Assembly: GCA_964561375.1 (NCBI GenBank)
Contig: CAZLPK010000002.1
Span: 7,106-71,105 of the forward strand
DNA from: an uncultured Novosphingobium sp.
Lineage (GTDB): Bacteria; Pseudomonadota; Alphaproteobacteria; Sphingomonadales; Sphingomonadaceae
Reading direction: 5' to 3'
DNA: 64,000 nucleotides
A program made the translations under genes and the position numbers. The stretch's first letter is position 1. Every line of letters begins with the position of its first letter. Positions 11,409 to 20,405 of this stretch are shown in pieces. The notes under the pieces are model-generated. The model saw only the letters and a program-made list of their open reading frames with translations. It ran no database searches and was not told the origin of the DNA.

Positions 11409-12632
11409 TTACTTCCAGTTGGCCATTTCGGCTTCGAGGTTCTGAACGATTGCCTCGAAGAAGCCTTCGGTGGTCAGCCAGGGCTGTTCCGGACCGATCA
11501 GGATGGCCAGGTCCTTGGTCATCTGGCCGCCTTCGACGGTGTCGATGCAGACCTTTTCCAGGGTTTCGGCAAAGCGCACCACGTCCGGCGTGTTGTCGAA
11601 CTTGCCGCGATAGATCAGGCCGCGAGTCCAGGCGAAGATGCTGGCGATCGGGTTGGTGCTGGTCGCCTTGCCCTGCTGGTGCTGGCGGTAGTGACGGGTC
11701 ACCGTGCCGTGGGCGGCTTCGGCTTCAACCGTCTTGCCGTCCGGAGTCATCAGCACCGAGGTCATCAGGCCGAGCGAGCCGAAGCCCTGAGCAACGGTAT
11801 CCGACTGCACGTCACCGTCGTAGTTCTTGCAGGCCCAGACGAACTTGCCCGACCACTTGAGCGCCGAAGCGACCATGTCGTCGATCAGGCGGTGTTCGTA
11901 GACGATGCCGGCAGCGTCGAACTTTTCCTTAAAGCCTTCGGTGTCGAACACTTCCTGGAACAGATCCTTGAAGCGGCCGTCATAGGCCTTGAGGATGGTG
12001 TTCTTGGTCGACAGGTACACCGGCCAACCCAGGCCCAGGCCATAGTTGAAGCTGGCGCGGGCAAAGTCGCGGATCGAATCGTCCAGGTTGTACATCGCCA
12101 TAGCGACGCCCGAGCTGGGGAACTTGAACACTTCGAGATCGATGGTCTGGCCATCGTCACCGTCGAACACCAGGCGCAGGGTGCCCGGACCCGGGATCAG
12201 GGTGTCGGTTGCCTTGTACTGGTCGCCAAAGGCGTGACGGCCGACCACGATCGGATCGGTCCAGCCCGGAACCAGGCGGGGAACGTTCTGCATGACGATC
12301 GGTTCGCGGAACACGACGCCGCCCAGAATGTTGCGGATCGTGCCGTTCGGGCTCTTCCACATCTTCTTGAGGCTGAATTCCTCGACGCGGGCTTCGTCCG
12401 GCGTGATTGTGGCGCACTTGACGGCAACGCCGAATTCCTTGGTTGCGTTCGCGGCGTCGACCGTGATGCGGTCGTTCGTCTCGTCACGCTTCTCGATCGA
12501 CAGGTCGTAATACTTCAGGTCGATATCGAGATATGGCAGGATCAGCCGTTCGCGGATCCACTGCCAGATGATGCGGGTCATTTCATCGCCGTCCATCTCG
12601 ACGACGGGGTTCTTAACCTTGATCTTGGCCAT
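11409..12632 (-). CDS. icd: NADP-dependent isocitrate dehydrogenase
   Basis: [42 protein letters not shown]. Confidence 0.98.
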   Translation of the reverse strand: MAKIKVKNPVVEMDGDEMTRIIWQWIRERLILPYLDIDLKYYDLSIEKRDETNDRITVDAANATKEFGVAVKCATITPDEARVEEFSLKKMWKSPNGTIRNILGGVVFREPIVMQNVPRLVPGWTDPIVVGRHAFGDQYKATDTLIPGPGTLRLVFDGDDGQTIDLEVFKFPSSGVAMAMYNLDDSIRDFARASFNYGLGLGWPVYLSTKNTILKAYDGRFKDLFQEVFDTEGFKEKFDAAGIVYEHRLIDDMVASALKWSGKFVWACKNYDGDVQSDTVAQGFGSLGLMTSVLMTPDGKTVEAEAAHGTVTRHYRQHQQGKATSTNPIASIFAWTRGLIYRGKFDNTPDVVRFAETLEKVCIDTVEGGQMTKDLAILIGPEQPWLTTEGFFEAIVQNLEAEMANWK

Positions 12633-12768
12633 TGGCTTTTGCTTTCCCCGGGGATGTGAAACGCGCCCCCCTTAGCAGAGCCGTGCCAGTGCGCAAGTAA
12701 GGGCTGGACGGCGCGGGCAGACCGCTTTAATCGTCCGGTTAAACCACCCTTGTGAGAGGAACCAGAAT

Positions 12769-13536
12769 ATGAGCGAAGCCCCAGAAGTCCTTACCGAAGT
12801 CGAAGACGGCGTCCTGATCGTCACGATGAACCGTCCCGAAGCCAAGAACGCCATGAACAAGGGGCAGTGCGAAGGCATTGCCGCGGCCATGGATCGTCTG
12901 GAAGCGGACAACGATCTGCGGTGCGCGATCCTGACCGGCGCCGGCGGCACTTTCTGCTCGGGCATGGACCTCAAGGGCTTCCTGCGCGGCGAGCGTCCCA
13001 GCATCGAAGGCCGCGGATTCGGCGGCCTTACCGAGTGGACTCCATCGAAGCCGGTTATCGCCGCAGTTGATGGCTACGCCCTGGCTGGCGGCATGGAACT
13101 GGCGCTGAGCTGCGACCTGATCGTGGCCAATGCCAATTCGAAGTTCGGCATTCCCGAAGCCAAGCGCGGCCTTGCCGCTGCTGCTGGCGGCCTGATCAAG
13201 CTGCCGCGTCAGATCCCGCCGCGCATCGCGATGGAACTGGCCCTGACCGGTGACTTCATCGACGCCCAGCGCGCCTATGAACTGGGCTTCATCAACCGCA
13301 TCGTCGAAGGCCCGGCCATCGAAGGCGCCAAGGAACTGGCCCGCGCCGTGGCTGCCAACGGTCCGCTCGCGCTGATCGCTTCCAAGAAGGTGATCCGCGA
13401 TTCGCACACCTGGACCGACGAGGAAATGTGGAAGAAGCAGGGCGCGATCGTGAACTCGGTGTTCGCCAGCGAAGACGCGCGTGAAGGCGCTGCTGCCTTT
13501 GCTGAAAAGCGCAAGCCGAACTGGAAGGGCAAGTAA
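12769..13536 (+). CDS. Crotonase/enoyl-CoA hydratase family protein
   Basis: NRPEAKNA, FCSGMDLK, GYALAGGMELAL, FGIPE, AFAEKRKP. Confidence 0.92.
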   Translation: MSEAPEVLTEVEDGVLIVTMNRPEAKNAMNKGQCEGIAAAMDRLEADNDLRCAILTGAGGTFCSGMDLKGFLRGERPSIEGRGFGGLTEWTPSKPVIAAVDGYALAGGMELALSCDLIVANANSKFGIPEAKRGLAAAAGGLIKLPRQIPPRIAMELALTGDFIDAQRAYELGFINRIVEGPAIEGAKELARAVAANGPLALIASKKVIRDSHTWTDEEMWKKQGAIVNSVFASEDAREGAAAFAEKRKPNWKGK

Positions 13537-13564
13537 GCCTTACTTCCTACCACTGAGTAACAGG

Positions 13565-13592
13565 AAGGCCCCGGGAAACCGGGGCCTTTTTT
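13565..13592 (+). terminator. Intrinsic terminator
   Basis: AAGGCCCCGG-GAAA-CCGGGGCCTT followed by T run. Confidence 0.88.
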
Positions 13593-13882
13593 GTTTGTGG
13601 TGACCAAGACTGGCGCAAATATACACTTTTCTTAATCAATTATATTTGCGCTGAATGTGCGAAATCTTTTCGTTGTTGAATCTTGTCTTACCCTATAACG
13701 CAACAAAATCTGTTTTCATTATTCAAATTTTTGAAATCAGAGGAAATTATTTAAGTAATCGTACTTATTTAATTTAAAAGTTATCATCTATTGGGGTATT
13801 TGACATGCGTACAAAGCTTCTTGCTATTGCCGCCATTGCTGTTTCGGGGACCATGCTCAGCGGCTGCGCCACCACCGAAGCT

Positions 13883-15172
13883 GGACACCTCGAAAAACTC
13901 TGGCTTTTGAAGGGTAGATTTGATTCACTTTGCCAGCGAAGCGGCGGAGGGATTGATGGCAGGACAGCCTGGGTTCTTTGATCTTTCGGATCGGTACGAG
14001 GCGCTGAGCGCTGCGGGAGATCCGCTGGAGCGGTTGGCATCGGTTGTCGATTTCGAGGTTTTCCGTGGTCCCCTGATTGCTGCCTTGCGTCGCAGCGTCC
14101 GCGGCAAGGGCGGCAGACCACCGTTTGACCCGGTCATGATGTTCAAGATTCTGGTGTTGCAGGCGCTCTATTCGCTGTCGGACGAAGCAACCGAATTTCA
14201 GATCAAGGACCGACTGTCGTTCCAGCGGTTCCTGGGCCTGGGTCTCGATGGCACGGTGCCCGATGCGACGACGGTCTGGCTGTTCCGCGAGCGCCTGGTT
14301 CAGGCCAAGGCGATTGATACGCTCTTCGCTCGCTTCGATGCAGCGCTAACCGATCGTGGCTATCTCGCGATGGGCGGCCAGATCATCGATGCCACCGTCG
14401 TGCCTGCTCCCAAACAGCGCAACACCGAGGCAGAGAAGGCCGCAATCAAGGAAGGGCGTGTCCCGGAAGACTGGAAGCCGGCCAAAGCCAGTCAGAAGGA
14501 TCGCGATGCGCGCTGGTCGATCAAGTACAGCAAGGCCAAGATCAGGGAAGGCGCCGATCCGAAAGCGGCAAAGCCTGTTGATCTCGCCATCCCGATGTTC
14601 GGATACAAGAACCATGTTGGCATCGACCGAGCGCACGGGCTGATCCGCACTTGGGATGCCAGCGCCGCGAATGCCCATGACGGCGCTCGGCTACCGGTTC
14701 TGATCAGCAAGGACAACACCGGCTCGGGCGTCTGGGCGGATACGGCCTACCGGTCGAAGAAGAACGAGGCCTTCCTCGCCGCCGGCATGTTCAAGAGCCA
14801 TATCCACCAAAGGCGCAAGCCAAGGAAGCCGCTGCCTGAGCGGATCGCCAAAGCCAACACCCGGCGATCCAAAATCCGCGCCCAGGTCGAGCATGTGTTC
14901 GCTGGCCAAAAGCATCGTATGGGGCTCATCGTGCGCACCATCGGCATCGCCCGCGCCACTATCAAGATCGGCATGGCCAACCTCGTTTATAACTTCCAGC
15001 GTCTCGTCTGGCTCGAGGGGCGAACTGCGCCTGCTTGACGCCAAAACCGGCACCAAACCCTGCCAAAGACAGAAAAATCACCGCAGAATGCGCGGTAATA
15101 TCATTCCTGCCACGCCTTCGCGGGTCGCATCGGCGCCATTACGTCGAAATCCAGTGGTTCTTCGAGGTCTCC
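13883..15172 (+). mobile_element. IS5-family insertion sequence, 1290 bp
   Basis: Left end GGACACCTCGAAAAAC vs reverse complement of right end GGAGACCTCGAAGAAC (14/16); 4-bp target duplication AGCT at 13879-13882 and 15173-15176. Confidence 0.95.
13956..15038 (+). CDS. IS5-family DDE transposase
   Basis: GGRPPFDPVMMFK, VPDATTVWLFRERL, IIDAT, FGYKNH, WADTAY, RAQVEHVF; GGAGG before the ATG. Confidence 0.95.
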   Translation: MAGQPGFFDLSDRYEALSAAGDPLERLASVVDFEVFRGPLIAALRRSVRGKGGRPPFDPVMMFKILVLQALYSLSDEATEFQIKDRLSFQRFLGLGLDGTVPDATTVWLFRERLVQAKAIDTLFARFDAALTDRGYLAMGGQIIDATVVPAPKQRNTEAEKAAIKEGRVPEDWKPAKASQKDRDARWSIKYSKAKIREGADPKAAKPVDLAIPMFGYKNHVGIDRAHGLIRTWDASAANAHDGARLPVLISKDNTGSGVWADTAYRSKKNEAFLAAGMFKSHIHQRRKPRKPLPERIAKANTRRSKIRAQVEHVFAGQKHRMGLIVRTIGIARATIKIGMANLVYNFQRLVWLEGRTAPA

Positions 15173-15452
15173 AGCTGTGAAGCGGGCTCAGGCCACTGCC
15201 GATCAGGCTCTTGCTCTGGCTCAGCAGGACAAGGTTGCGGCAGAGCAGGCTCAGGCCACTGCCGATGCCGGCGTGCGTGCTGCACAGCGCGCTCAGGAAA
15301 CGGCTGACGCTGGTGTTGCCGCTGCTGCTGTTGCTGATGGCAAGGCTGAAGCTGCTGGCGCCCAGGCCGACAAGAACGACAAGACGTTCTGGCAGCATCA
15401 CGAGCGCCACCACCGTCATCGCCGCCCGTAATCTCAGGCGCATGAACAGAGA

Positions 15453-15483
15453 GGGGGGGGGGCTGCAAGGCGCCCCCTTTTTT
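15453..15483 (+). terminator. Probable terminator of the lipoprotein gene
   Basis: G-run/CCCCC stem followed by T6. Confidence 0.55.
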
Positions 15484-15513
15484 GTTGCCTGCGATCTGGA
15501 TGGCACGGAAAGC

Positions 15514-15539
15514 AAAAAACCCGCCGTTTCCGGCGGGTT
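15514..15539 (-). terminator. Terminator downstream of tRNA-Val
   Basis: Minus strand AACCCGCCG-GAAA-CGGCGGGTT followed by T run. Confidence 0.8.
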
Positions 15540-15548
15540 CTTAGCGAA

Positions 15549-15623
15549 TGGTGGGCGTAGCAAGGATTGAACTTGCGACCCCTACGATGTCAACATAGTG
15601 CTCTACCACTGAGCTATACGCCC
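15549..15623 (-). tRNA. tRNA-Val(GAC)
   Basis: GGGCGTATAGCTCAGTGGTAGAGC...CTATG-TTGACAT-CGTAG...GTTCAATCC...TACGCCCACCA; 75 nt with encoded CCA. Confidence 0.97.
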
Positions 15624-15703
15624 GCACCATTCAAGTTCCGCCCAGAACCGTCGTCCTGGGCAGGGGAGCGCCATTAGCGAGCCTTCCAGGGATTCGCAAG
15701 CGG

Positions 15704-16078
15704 TTAGATGCTTGCTTTGGCCGGTTGGCCGAAAATTCGTTCCACTTCCAGCACCAGGTCCCTGAGATGAAAGGGTTTTGACAGTATCTTTGCCTGCGGT
15801 GTTTCGCGGCTCGCCTTCAGCGCGACTGCCGCGAATCCAGTGATGAACACCACTTTCGTGCTCGGACTGACCTCGGCGCAGTGCTGGGCCAGCTCAATAC
15901 CGTCCATTTCCGGCATGACGATGTCCGACAGCAGCAGGTCAAAGCTCTGTTCCTGCAACAGGGGCAGGGCGGCCGTGCCGCGATCGACTGCAACCACTTC
16001 GTATCCGGCATTCTCCAGCGCACGCTGCAGATAGGTGCGCATGGCTTCTTCGTCTTCGGCTAGGAGAATGCGGATCAT
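15704..16078 (-). CDS. cpdR: Single-domain response regulator CpdR
   Basis: ILLAED, DIVMPEMDGIELA, FITGFAAV, LSKPFHLRDLV; typical position between tRNA-Val and N-formylglutamate amidohydrolase. Confidence 0.9.
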   Translation of the reverse strand: MIRILLAEDEEAMRTYLQRALENAGYEVVAVDRGTAALPLLQEQSFDLLLSDIVMPEMDGIELAQHCAEVSPSTKVVFITGFAAVALKASRETPQAKILSKPFHLRDLVLEVERIFGQPAKASI

Positions 16079-16217
16079 CAGGGGCCTTTGGGATCGCTAA
16101 GACAGGGATAAGGAGCGGCTCTTAGCCGGATTGCGCAGGGGTGTCAGTTAACAGGCATCATTAAAATGCACACTGACCTACTTTGACACAGAACTGCAGG
16201 CAGGCCAGCCTTGGGCG

Positions 16218-17165
16218 ATGAATGCGGAGCAAGGCAGGGCAGGTGATTCGTTGCCGAAACAGGGCGGGACCATTCCGGGGAGCGGCGGTGCGCCGGCTTA
16301 CAGCCTGTCGCATCCAGAGCCTTCGCCCGTGCCGCTGTTGATTGCCGTGCCTCATGCCGGACGATCCTATCCCGCGAGCCTGCTGGAGCGGATGCGCAAT
16401 CCCGGTTTCGCCGCCCTGAAGCTGGAGGACCGCTTTGTCGATCTGCTGGGGCAGGAGGTGGCCCGGCGCACGGGCGCGGCCCTGCTGATTGCGCATGCCC
16501 CGCGGGCAATGATCGATCTCAATCGCGACATTCACGACGTGGACTGGGAAATGTTCTCGCGCGGGCGGCCTGATACCCTGGGCAGTTATACGCCGGGCTT
16601 TCGCGTGCGCAGCGGGCTCGGGCTGATTCCCCGGCGAATCCCCGGACTGGGCGAATTGTGGAAGCGGCGGCATGAGGCGGAGGAGCTGTCGGCGCGGATT
16701 GCGTCGATCCATGCGCCCTATCACGAGTGTCTGTCGCAGACCCTGGCGGCGATCAAGGCGCGCTGGGGTGCGGCCATGCTGCTGGACCTTCATTCGATGC
16801 CGCCGCTGAGCTTTCCCGGCGGCCAGCCTGCGCCGGAATTCGTGCTGGGGGACCGTTTCGGCACGACTTGCCACGGTTCGCTGGCGGCCAGCTGCTTTGC
16901 CTATTTCGCCGAGATGCGACGCGGTGCGGCCCATAACCGGCCCTATGCGGGCGGCTATGTGCTGGAACGGCATGGCGCCCCGCTGGATGGCATCCACGCG
17001 CTGCAACTGGAGATTGATCGGTCGAGCTATCTCGACTCGAGTCTCGCCGAACCGGGTGAGGGCTTTGCCGGCATGGTCGAACTGCTGTGCGAGCTTGTGC
17101 GCCGCCTTGCCGCTGAAGTGGCCGATCTGGGCCGGATGTCCAGGTGGAGCAATGCTGCGGAATAA
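16218..17165 (+). CDS. N-formylglutamate amidohydrolase family protein
   Basis: VPHAGRSYP, PRAMIDLNR, GLGLIP, LLDLHSMP, LGDRFG, NRPYAGGY, HALQLEIDR. Confidence 0.9.
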   Translation: MNAEQGRAGDSLPKQGGTIPGSGGAPAYSLSHPEPSPVPLLIAVPHAGRSYPASLLERMRNPGFAALKLEDRFVDLLGQEVARRTGAALLIAHAPRAMIDLNRDIHDVDWEMFSRGRPDTLGSYTPGFRVRSGLGLIPRRIPGLGELWKRRHEAEELSARIASIHAPYHECLSQTLAAIKARWGAAMLLDLHSMPPLSFPGGQPAPEFVLGDRFGTTCHGSLAASCFAYFAEMRRGAAHNRPYAGGYVLERHGAPLDGIHALQLEIDRSSYLDSSLAEPGEGFAGMVELLCELVRRLAAEVADLGRMSRWSNAAE

Positions 17166-17170
17166 AAATG

Positions 17171-17275
17171 AAAAAACCACCTCGTGCAGGTGCACGAGGT
17201 GGCCAAGGTTCAGGGAGGAGGTGCACATGAGTGCACCAAGTCCGACCGGGCCATGAGGGAAGCACCGGCAAGACT
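17171..17275 (-). ncRNA. SuhB/MmgR (alpha-r8)-like small RNA
   Basis: Minus strand ...CCTCCTCCCTGAACCTTGG-CCACCTCGTGCA-CC-TGCACGAGGTGG-TTTTTT; sigma70-like promoter upstream; convergent with the N-formylglutamate amidohydrolase gene, the known synteny of this family. The 5' end is estimated. Confidence 0.7.
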
Positions 17276-17281
17276 CTTTGC

Positions 17282-17310
17282 AAAATAGACATGTCCCGGC
17301 CCTCTTGCAA
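17282..17310 (-). promoter_or_regulatory. Putative sigma70 promoter of the sRNA
   Basis: TTGCAA (17310-17305), 17-nt spacer, TATTTT (17287-17282). Confidence 0.55.
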
Positions 17311-17378
17311 GGGCCGGGACACGTGTTGCGGAGCGATCCGCGCTTCGAATTTAGCTAATTCGTTGCGAATCAGTAGTT

Positions 17379-18152
17379 TTACGCAGCAGGCGCCGGAACC
17401 GGACCCTTGCCCTGCTGGACCTGGCGGCCAAACACTTCGCTCATCAGTTCAAGGCTGAACAGGTGGGCGAAGATCAGCGCCAGCATACCGCTCTGATTCA
17501 TCGAACGCAGCACGTCGCCGCGCAGGTCGCGCAGCTTTTCCTGGTCGACCATCTTGAAGCCGCGGTAGATGTAGGGCTGTTCGCTGCCCTGCTGCTGGAT
17601 AGAAACTTCGCCGTCCATCAGTAGGTCATGCTTGAGCAGTTCTTCCACGAAGGCCTGGGTGCGGAAACCGGCTTCTTCAAAGTTGCGGCAGAATTCGAGA
17701 GTCGCCTTGCAGCTTTCGCTCGGTTCACCGTTTTCGAACAGCTTGGCGCCGTCTTCGAATTCGCCCAGCAGGTCGGTGGTCGGGTCAAAGCACAGCGACA
17801 GTTCTTCGGTATCCGGGGTCAGCTTGGCCAGCATGAACGGATAGCGACGCGCATAGGCCGGAACATAGGCCGGGCTGGTCAGCTTGCCTTCGTCGTCAAA
17901 GAAGGTGTTCACACCTTCGTTCAGGCCCATCAGGGCCAGCGGCACCGGGTTTTCGGCAACCGAGAAGACGATCGGATAGTGGCGCGAGGCGTGGACGAAT
18001 TCTTCTGCGGTCAGCGGGATCGCGTGCTGGCCGACCATCCAGGTTGCAGTTTCGGTGGTCTTGCTCTTCCACTCACCATGATCGCGGCTATTCAGCGGCA
18101 TCAGGTCTTTGTAAAACAGCGGCAAATTTGCGTTCTGCGGCGCGCTGGCCAT
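17379..18152 (-). CDS. SapC family protein
   Basis: AIPLTAEEF, YPIVFS, LMGL, YVPAYARRYPF, GFKMVD, AHLFSL. Confidence 0.85.
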   Translation of the reverse strand: MASAPQNANLPLFYKDLMPLNSRDHGEWKSKTTETATWMVGQHAIPLTAEEFVHASRHYPIVFSVAENPVPLALMGLNEGVNTFFDDEGKLTSPAYVPAYARRYPFMLAKLTPDTEELSLCFDPTTDLLGEFEDGAKLFENGEPSESCKATLEFCRNFEEAGFRTQAFVEELLKHDLLMDGEVSIQQQGSEQPYIYRGFKMVDQEKLRDLRGDVLRSMNQSGMLALIFAHLFSLELMSEVFGRQVQQGKGPVPAPAA

Positions 18153-18224
18153 GGTTTGTCTCCAGAAGTCGATAGGCGTTTTCCGGGGTGGCAAATGCTG
18201 CCTGACCGGCACGAATTCTGGCCT

Positions 18225-19655
18225 TTAAGCGGTTGCTGACCGGCGTGCAAGCAGCTTGCCCGGATTGAGCAGCCCCTGTGGATCAAGCGCGGATTTCACC
18301 TTGTGCAGAAGGGCCAGGGCAATCGGATCGCCCAGCCGTTCTAGTTCGTCCACCTTGAGCTGACCAATGCCGTGTTCGGCAGAAATCGTGCCTTGCCATT
18401 CGGTCACCAGATCATCGACGTGGCGGCTGATCGCCTTGCCATCGCTCTGTTCCCAGGTGGCGCGGTCTACGCCCGGCGGAGCCTGGACGTGAAAGTGGAC
18501 ATTGCCATCGCCCAGATGGCCAAAGCCAAAGGCACGGGTTCCAGGCCACCGGCTTTCCATCACCGGCACGGCATGGTCGAGGAAATCAGCCATGCGTTCC
18601 ACTGGAACGGCAATGTCGTGCTGCATCGCCGGCCCCTTGGCCCGCTCTGCCGGAGAAATCGATTCGCGCAGGTTCCAGAACTCGTCGGCCTGCGCTTCGG
18701 ACGCGGCGACCACGGCATCTTCGAGCAGGCCCTTTTCCAGCGCCGAGGCCAGCATCGCCTGGCCCTGCGTTACAGGATCATTGCCGACCAGTTCGATCAG
18801 GGCGTGCCATGCGTGCGGCTGGTTCAAAGGTGCGCGCGCGCCGGGCAGATAGGCCAGCACTGCATCGAGGCAGGTCTGGGGCAGGACTTCGAAACCTTCC
18901 AGCGCCTCGCCAGCCTGTGCCTGGCAATGCAGCAAGAGCGCGCGGGCCTGCTGGGCCGAGGCGAGGCCAGCCCAGACCACCATCCGCTCGGGGATTGCCG
19001 GAACCAGTCGCAGCGTTGCAGCGGTGATGATCCCCAGCGTCCCTTCCGAACCGATGAACAACTGCTTGAGGTCAAAACCCCGGTTGTCCTTTTTCAGCGG
19101 AGTAAGCGCAGAATAGACCGAGCCATCGGCCAGTACGGCTTCGATTCCCAGCACCTGCGCCCGCATCGAGCCATGGCGCAGCACCTGCGTGCCGCCGGCA
19201 TTGGTGGAAATTAGCCCGCCAATCGTGGCCGAGCCTTTGCCACCAAGGGTAAGGGGGAAACGCAGTCCTTGCGCTTCGGTGGCTTCGTGCAGGTTTTGCA
19301 GGATCACGCCGGCTTCGCACTGCGCGGTCCGGGCCTGCGGATCGAGCGCGCGGATCGCGTTCATCCGCCGCATCGAAACCAGCAAGGCTGCGCCGCTGTT
19401 ATCCGGGGTCGCGCCGCCAGACATGCCGCTGTTGCCGCCTTGCGGAACGATCGGCACGCCATGCTTGCGGCAGAGGTTGACCAGTTCGGCCAGTTCCTGC
19501 GTGCTCGCCGGGGAAGCCAGGGCGCGTGCCGCGCCGCGATAGCGTCCGCGCCAGTCGGTCAGCCACGGCTCCATCAGTTCTGCATCGGTGGTCAGCCCGC
19601 GGGGGCCAAGCAGGGCGGCAGCTTCGGAAAGGAAGGGATCGGCAGCAAGGTCCAT
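18225..19655 (-). CDS. FAD-binding oxidoreductase (D-2-hydroxyacid dehydrogenase-like)
   Basis: PQGGNSG, GGLISTNAGG, GSEGTLGII, GHLGDGNVH, SAEHGIG, LNPGK. Confidence 0.92.
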   Translation of the reverse strand: MDLAADPFLSEAAALLGPRGLTTDAELMEPWLTDWRGRYRGAARALASPASTQELAELVNLCRKHGVPIVPQGGNSGMSGGATPDNSGAALLVSMRRMNAIRALDPQARTAQCEAGVILQNLHEATEAQGLRFPLTLGGKGSATIGGLISTNAGGTQVLRHGSMRAQVLGIEAVLADGSVYSALTPLKKDNRGFDLKQLFIGSEGTLGIITAATLRLVPAIPERMVVWAGLASAQQARALLLHCQAQAGEALEGFEVLPQTCLDAVLAYLPGARAPLNQPHAWHALIELVGNDPVTQGQAMLASALEKGLLEDAVVAASEAQADEFWNLRESISPAERAKGPAMQHDIAVPVERMADFLDHAVPVMESRWPGTRAFGFGHLGDGNVHFHVQAPPGVDRATWEQSDGKAISRHVDDLVTEWQGTISAEHGIGQLKVDELERLGDPIALALLHKVKSALDPQGLLNPGKLLARRSATA

Positions 19656-19762
19656 AGGGTGTCAGTCTATGGCACAGGGTACGGCGATTTAGCGAGTCCT
19701 TGCCGAGAAACCCTACTTGAGGTTAAGCGGTCGTTCAAACACGGGCGCTATTAAGCGGGGCA

Positions 19763-20263
19763 ATGCAAACCATCGCGCAAATCCTTGCACCAATGCTGCT
19801 GATGCTGCCCGGCCTTGGCGTGGTGGAAGCGCCGCGCGATACCCCCTTCGCGCTCGATCCGCTGCAGCCCCTTTCGGCAGAGCAGGTTTCGATCCAGCAG
19901 CGCGTGACGATCCGGATCAATCCGCGCGCTGCGCCCATGTCGCTGGACGCGATGCGGTTTGACGACGCGGACCGCCCCGGACCGCGCTATGTCGAACGCA
20001 AGATGGGCAAATGCCTCGACATGAAGGCGATTTCTGGGGTGCAGCCGATCGACAACTCGCGTCTGCTGCTGTTCCTGCGCGACCGGCGCATGGTGACAGC
20101 GCGGCTGGAAAAGGGGTGCCAGGGCCGCGAATTCTATTCCGGTTTCATCGTCGCCCGCAATCCCGACGCGCAGATTTGCGCGGGTCGCGACCGCCTGCAA
20201 TCGCGCAGCGGAATGGGCTGTCAGGTCAGCAGCTTTCGCCAGGTCGTACAGCTGGACGACTGA
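19763..20263 (+). CDS. Conserved hypothetical exported protein with four Cys
   Basis: Signal-like N-terminus; QVSIQQRVTIRI, CAGRDRLQSRSGMGC; fills the intergenic gap. Confidence 0.7.
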   Translation: MQTIAQILAPMLLMLPGLGVVEAPRDTPFALDPLQPLSAEQVSIQQRVTIRINPRAAPMSLDAMRFDDADRPGPRYVERKMGKCLDMKAISGVQPIDNSRLLLFLRDRRMVTARLEKGCQGREFYSGFIVARNPDAQICAGRDRLQSRSGMGCQVSSFRQVVQLDD

Positions 20264-20405
20264 TCGCTGCCATATTGACTGGCTTCGGGCGCATTTTCTT
20301 GACTTTTATGCGGCTTTCCGCCTAGGGCGCAGACAGTCAGCGCCGCTTGAGGCGAACCTTCATTCGGTTCGGCGCGCATCCCTCTTCTAACAGTTGTAAC
20401 TGCCC

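Larger units (their letters stand above)
13805..15431 (+). pseudogene. IS-interrupted small alanine-zipper (Lpp/OprI-like) lipoprotein, 110 aa when reconstructed
   Basis: 13805-13882 encodes MRTKLLAIAAIAVSGTMLSGCATTEA (lipobox LSGC). Removing the IS and one AGCT copy joins it in frame to 15177-15431 (VKRAQATADQALALAQQ...HHERHHRHRRP). Confidence 0.88.

Noticed and set aside
15453-15462. G10 homopolymer as a phase-variation tract
   Set aside because: It lies in a terminator stem downstream of a gene, not in a CDS or promoter, and its length may be a sequencing artefact.
13600-15549. tRNA-Val-anchored integrative island
   Set aside because: I found no duplicated tRNA 3' end (att site) and no integrase; only the IS has defined ends.
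16148-16164. CtrA box upstream of cpdR
   Set aside because: The TTAA half-sites are 9 nt apart, not 7; the similar pair at 12727-12742 is 8 nt apart. Plausible biologically but not supported.
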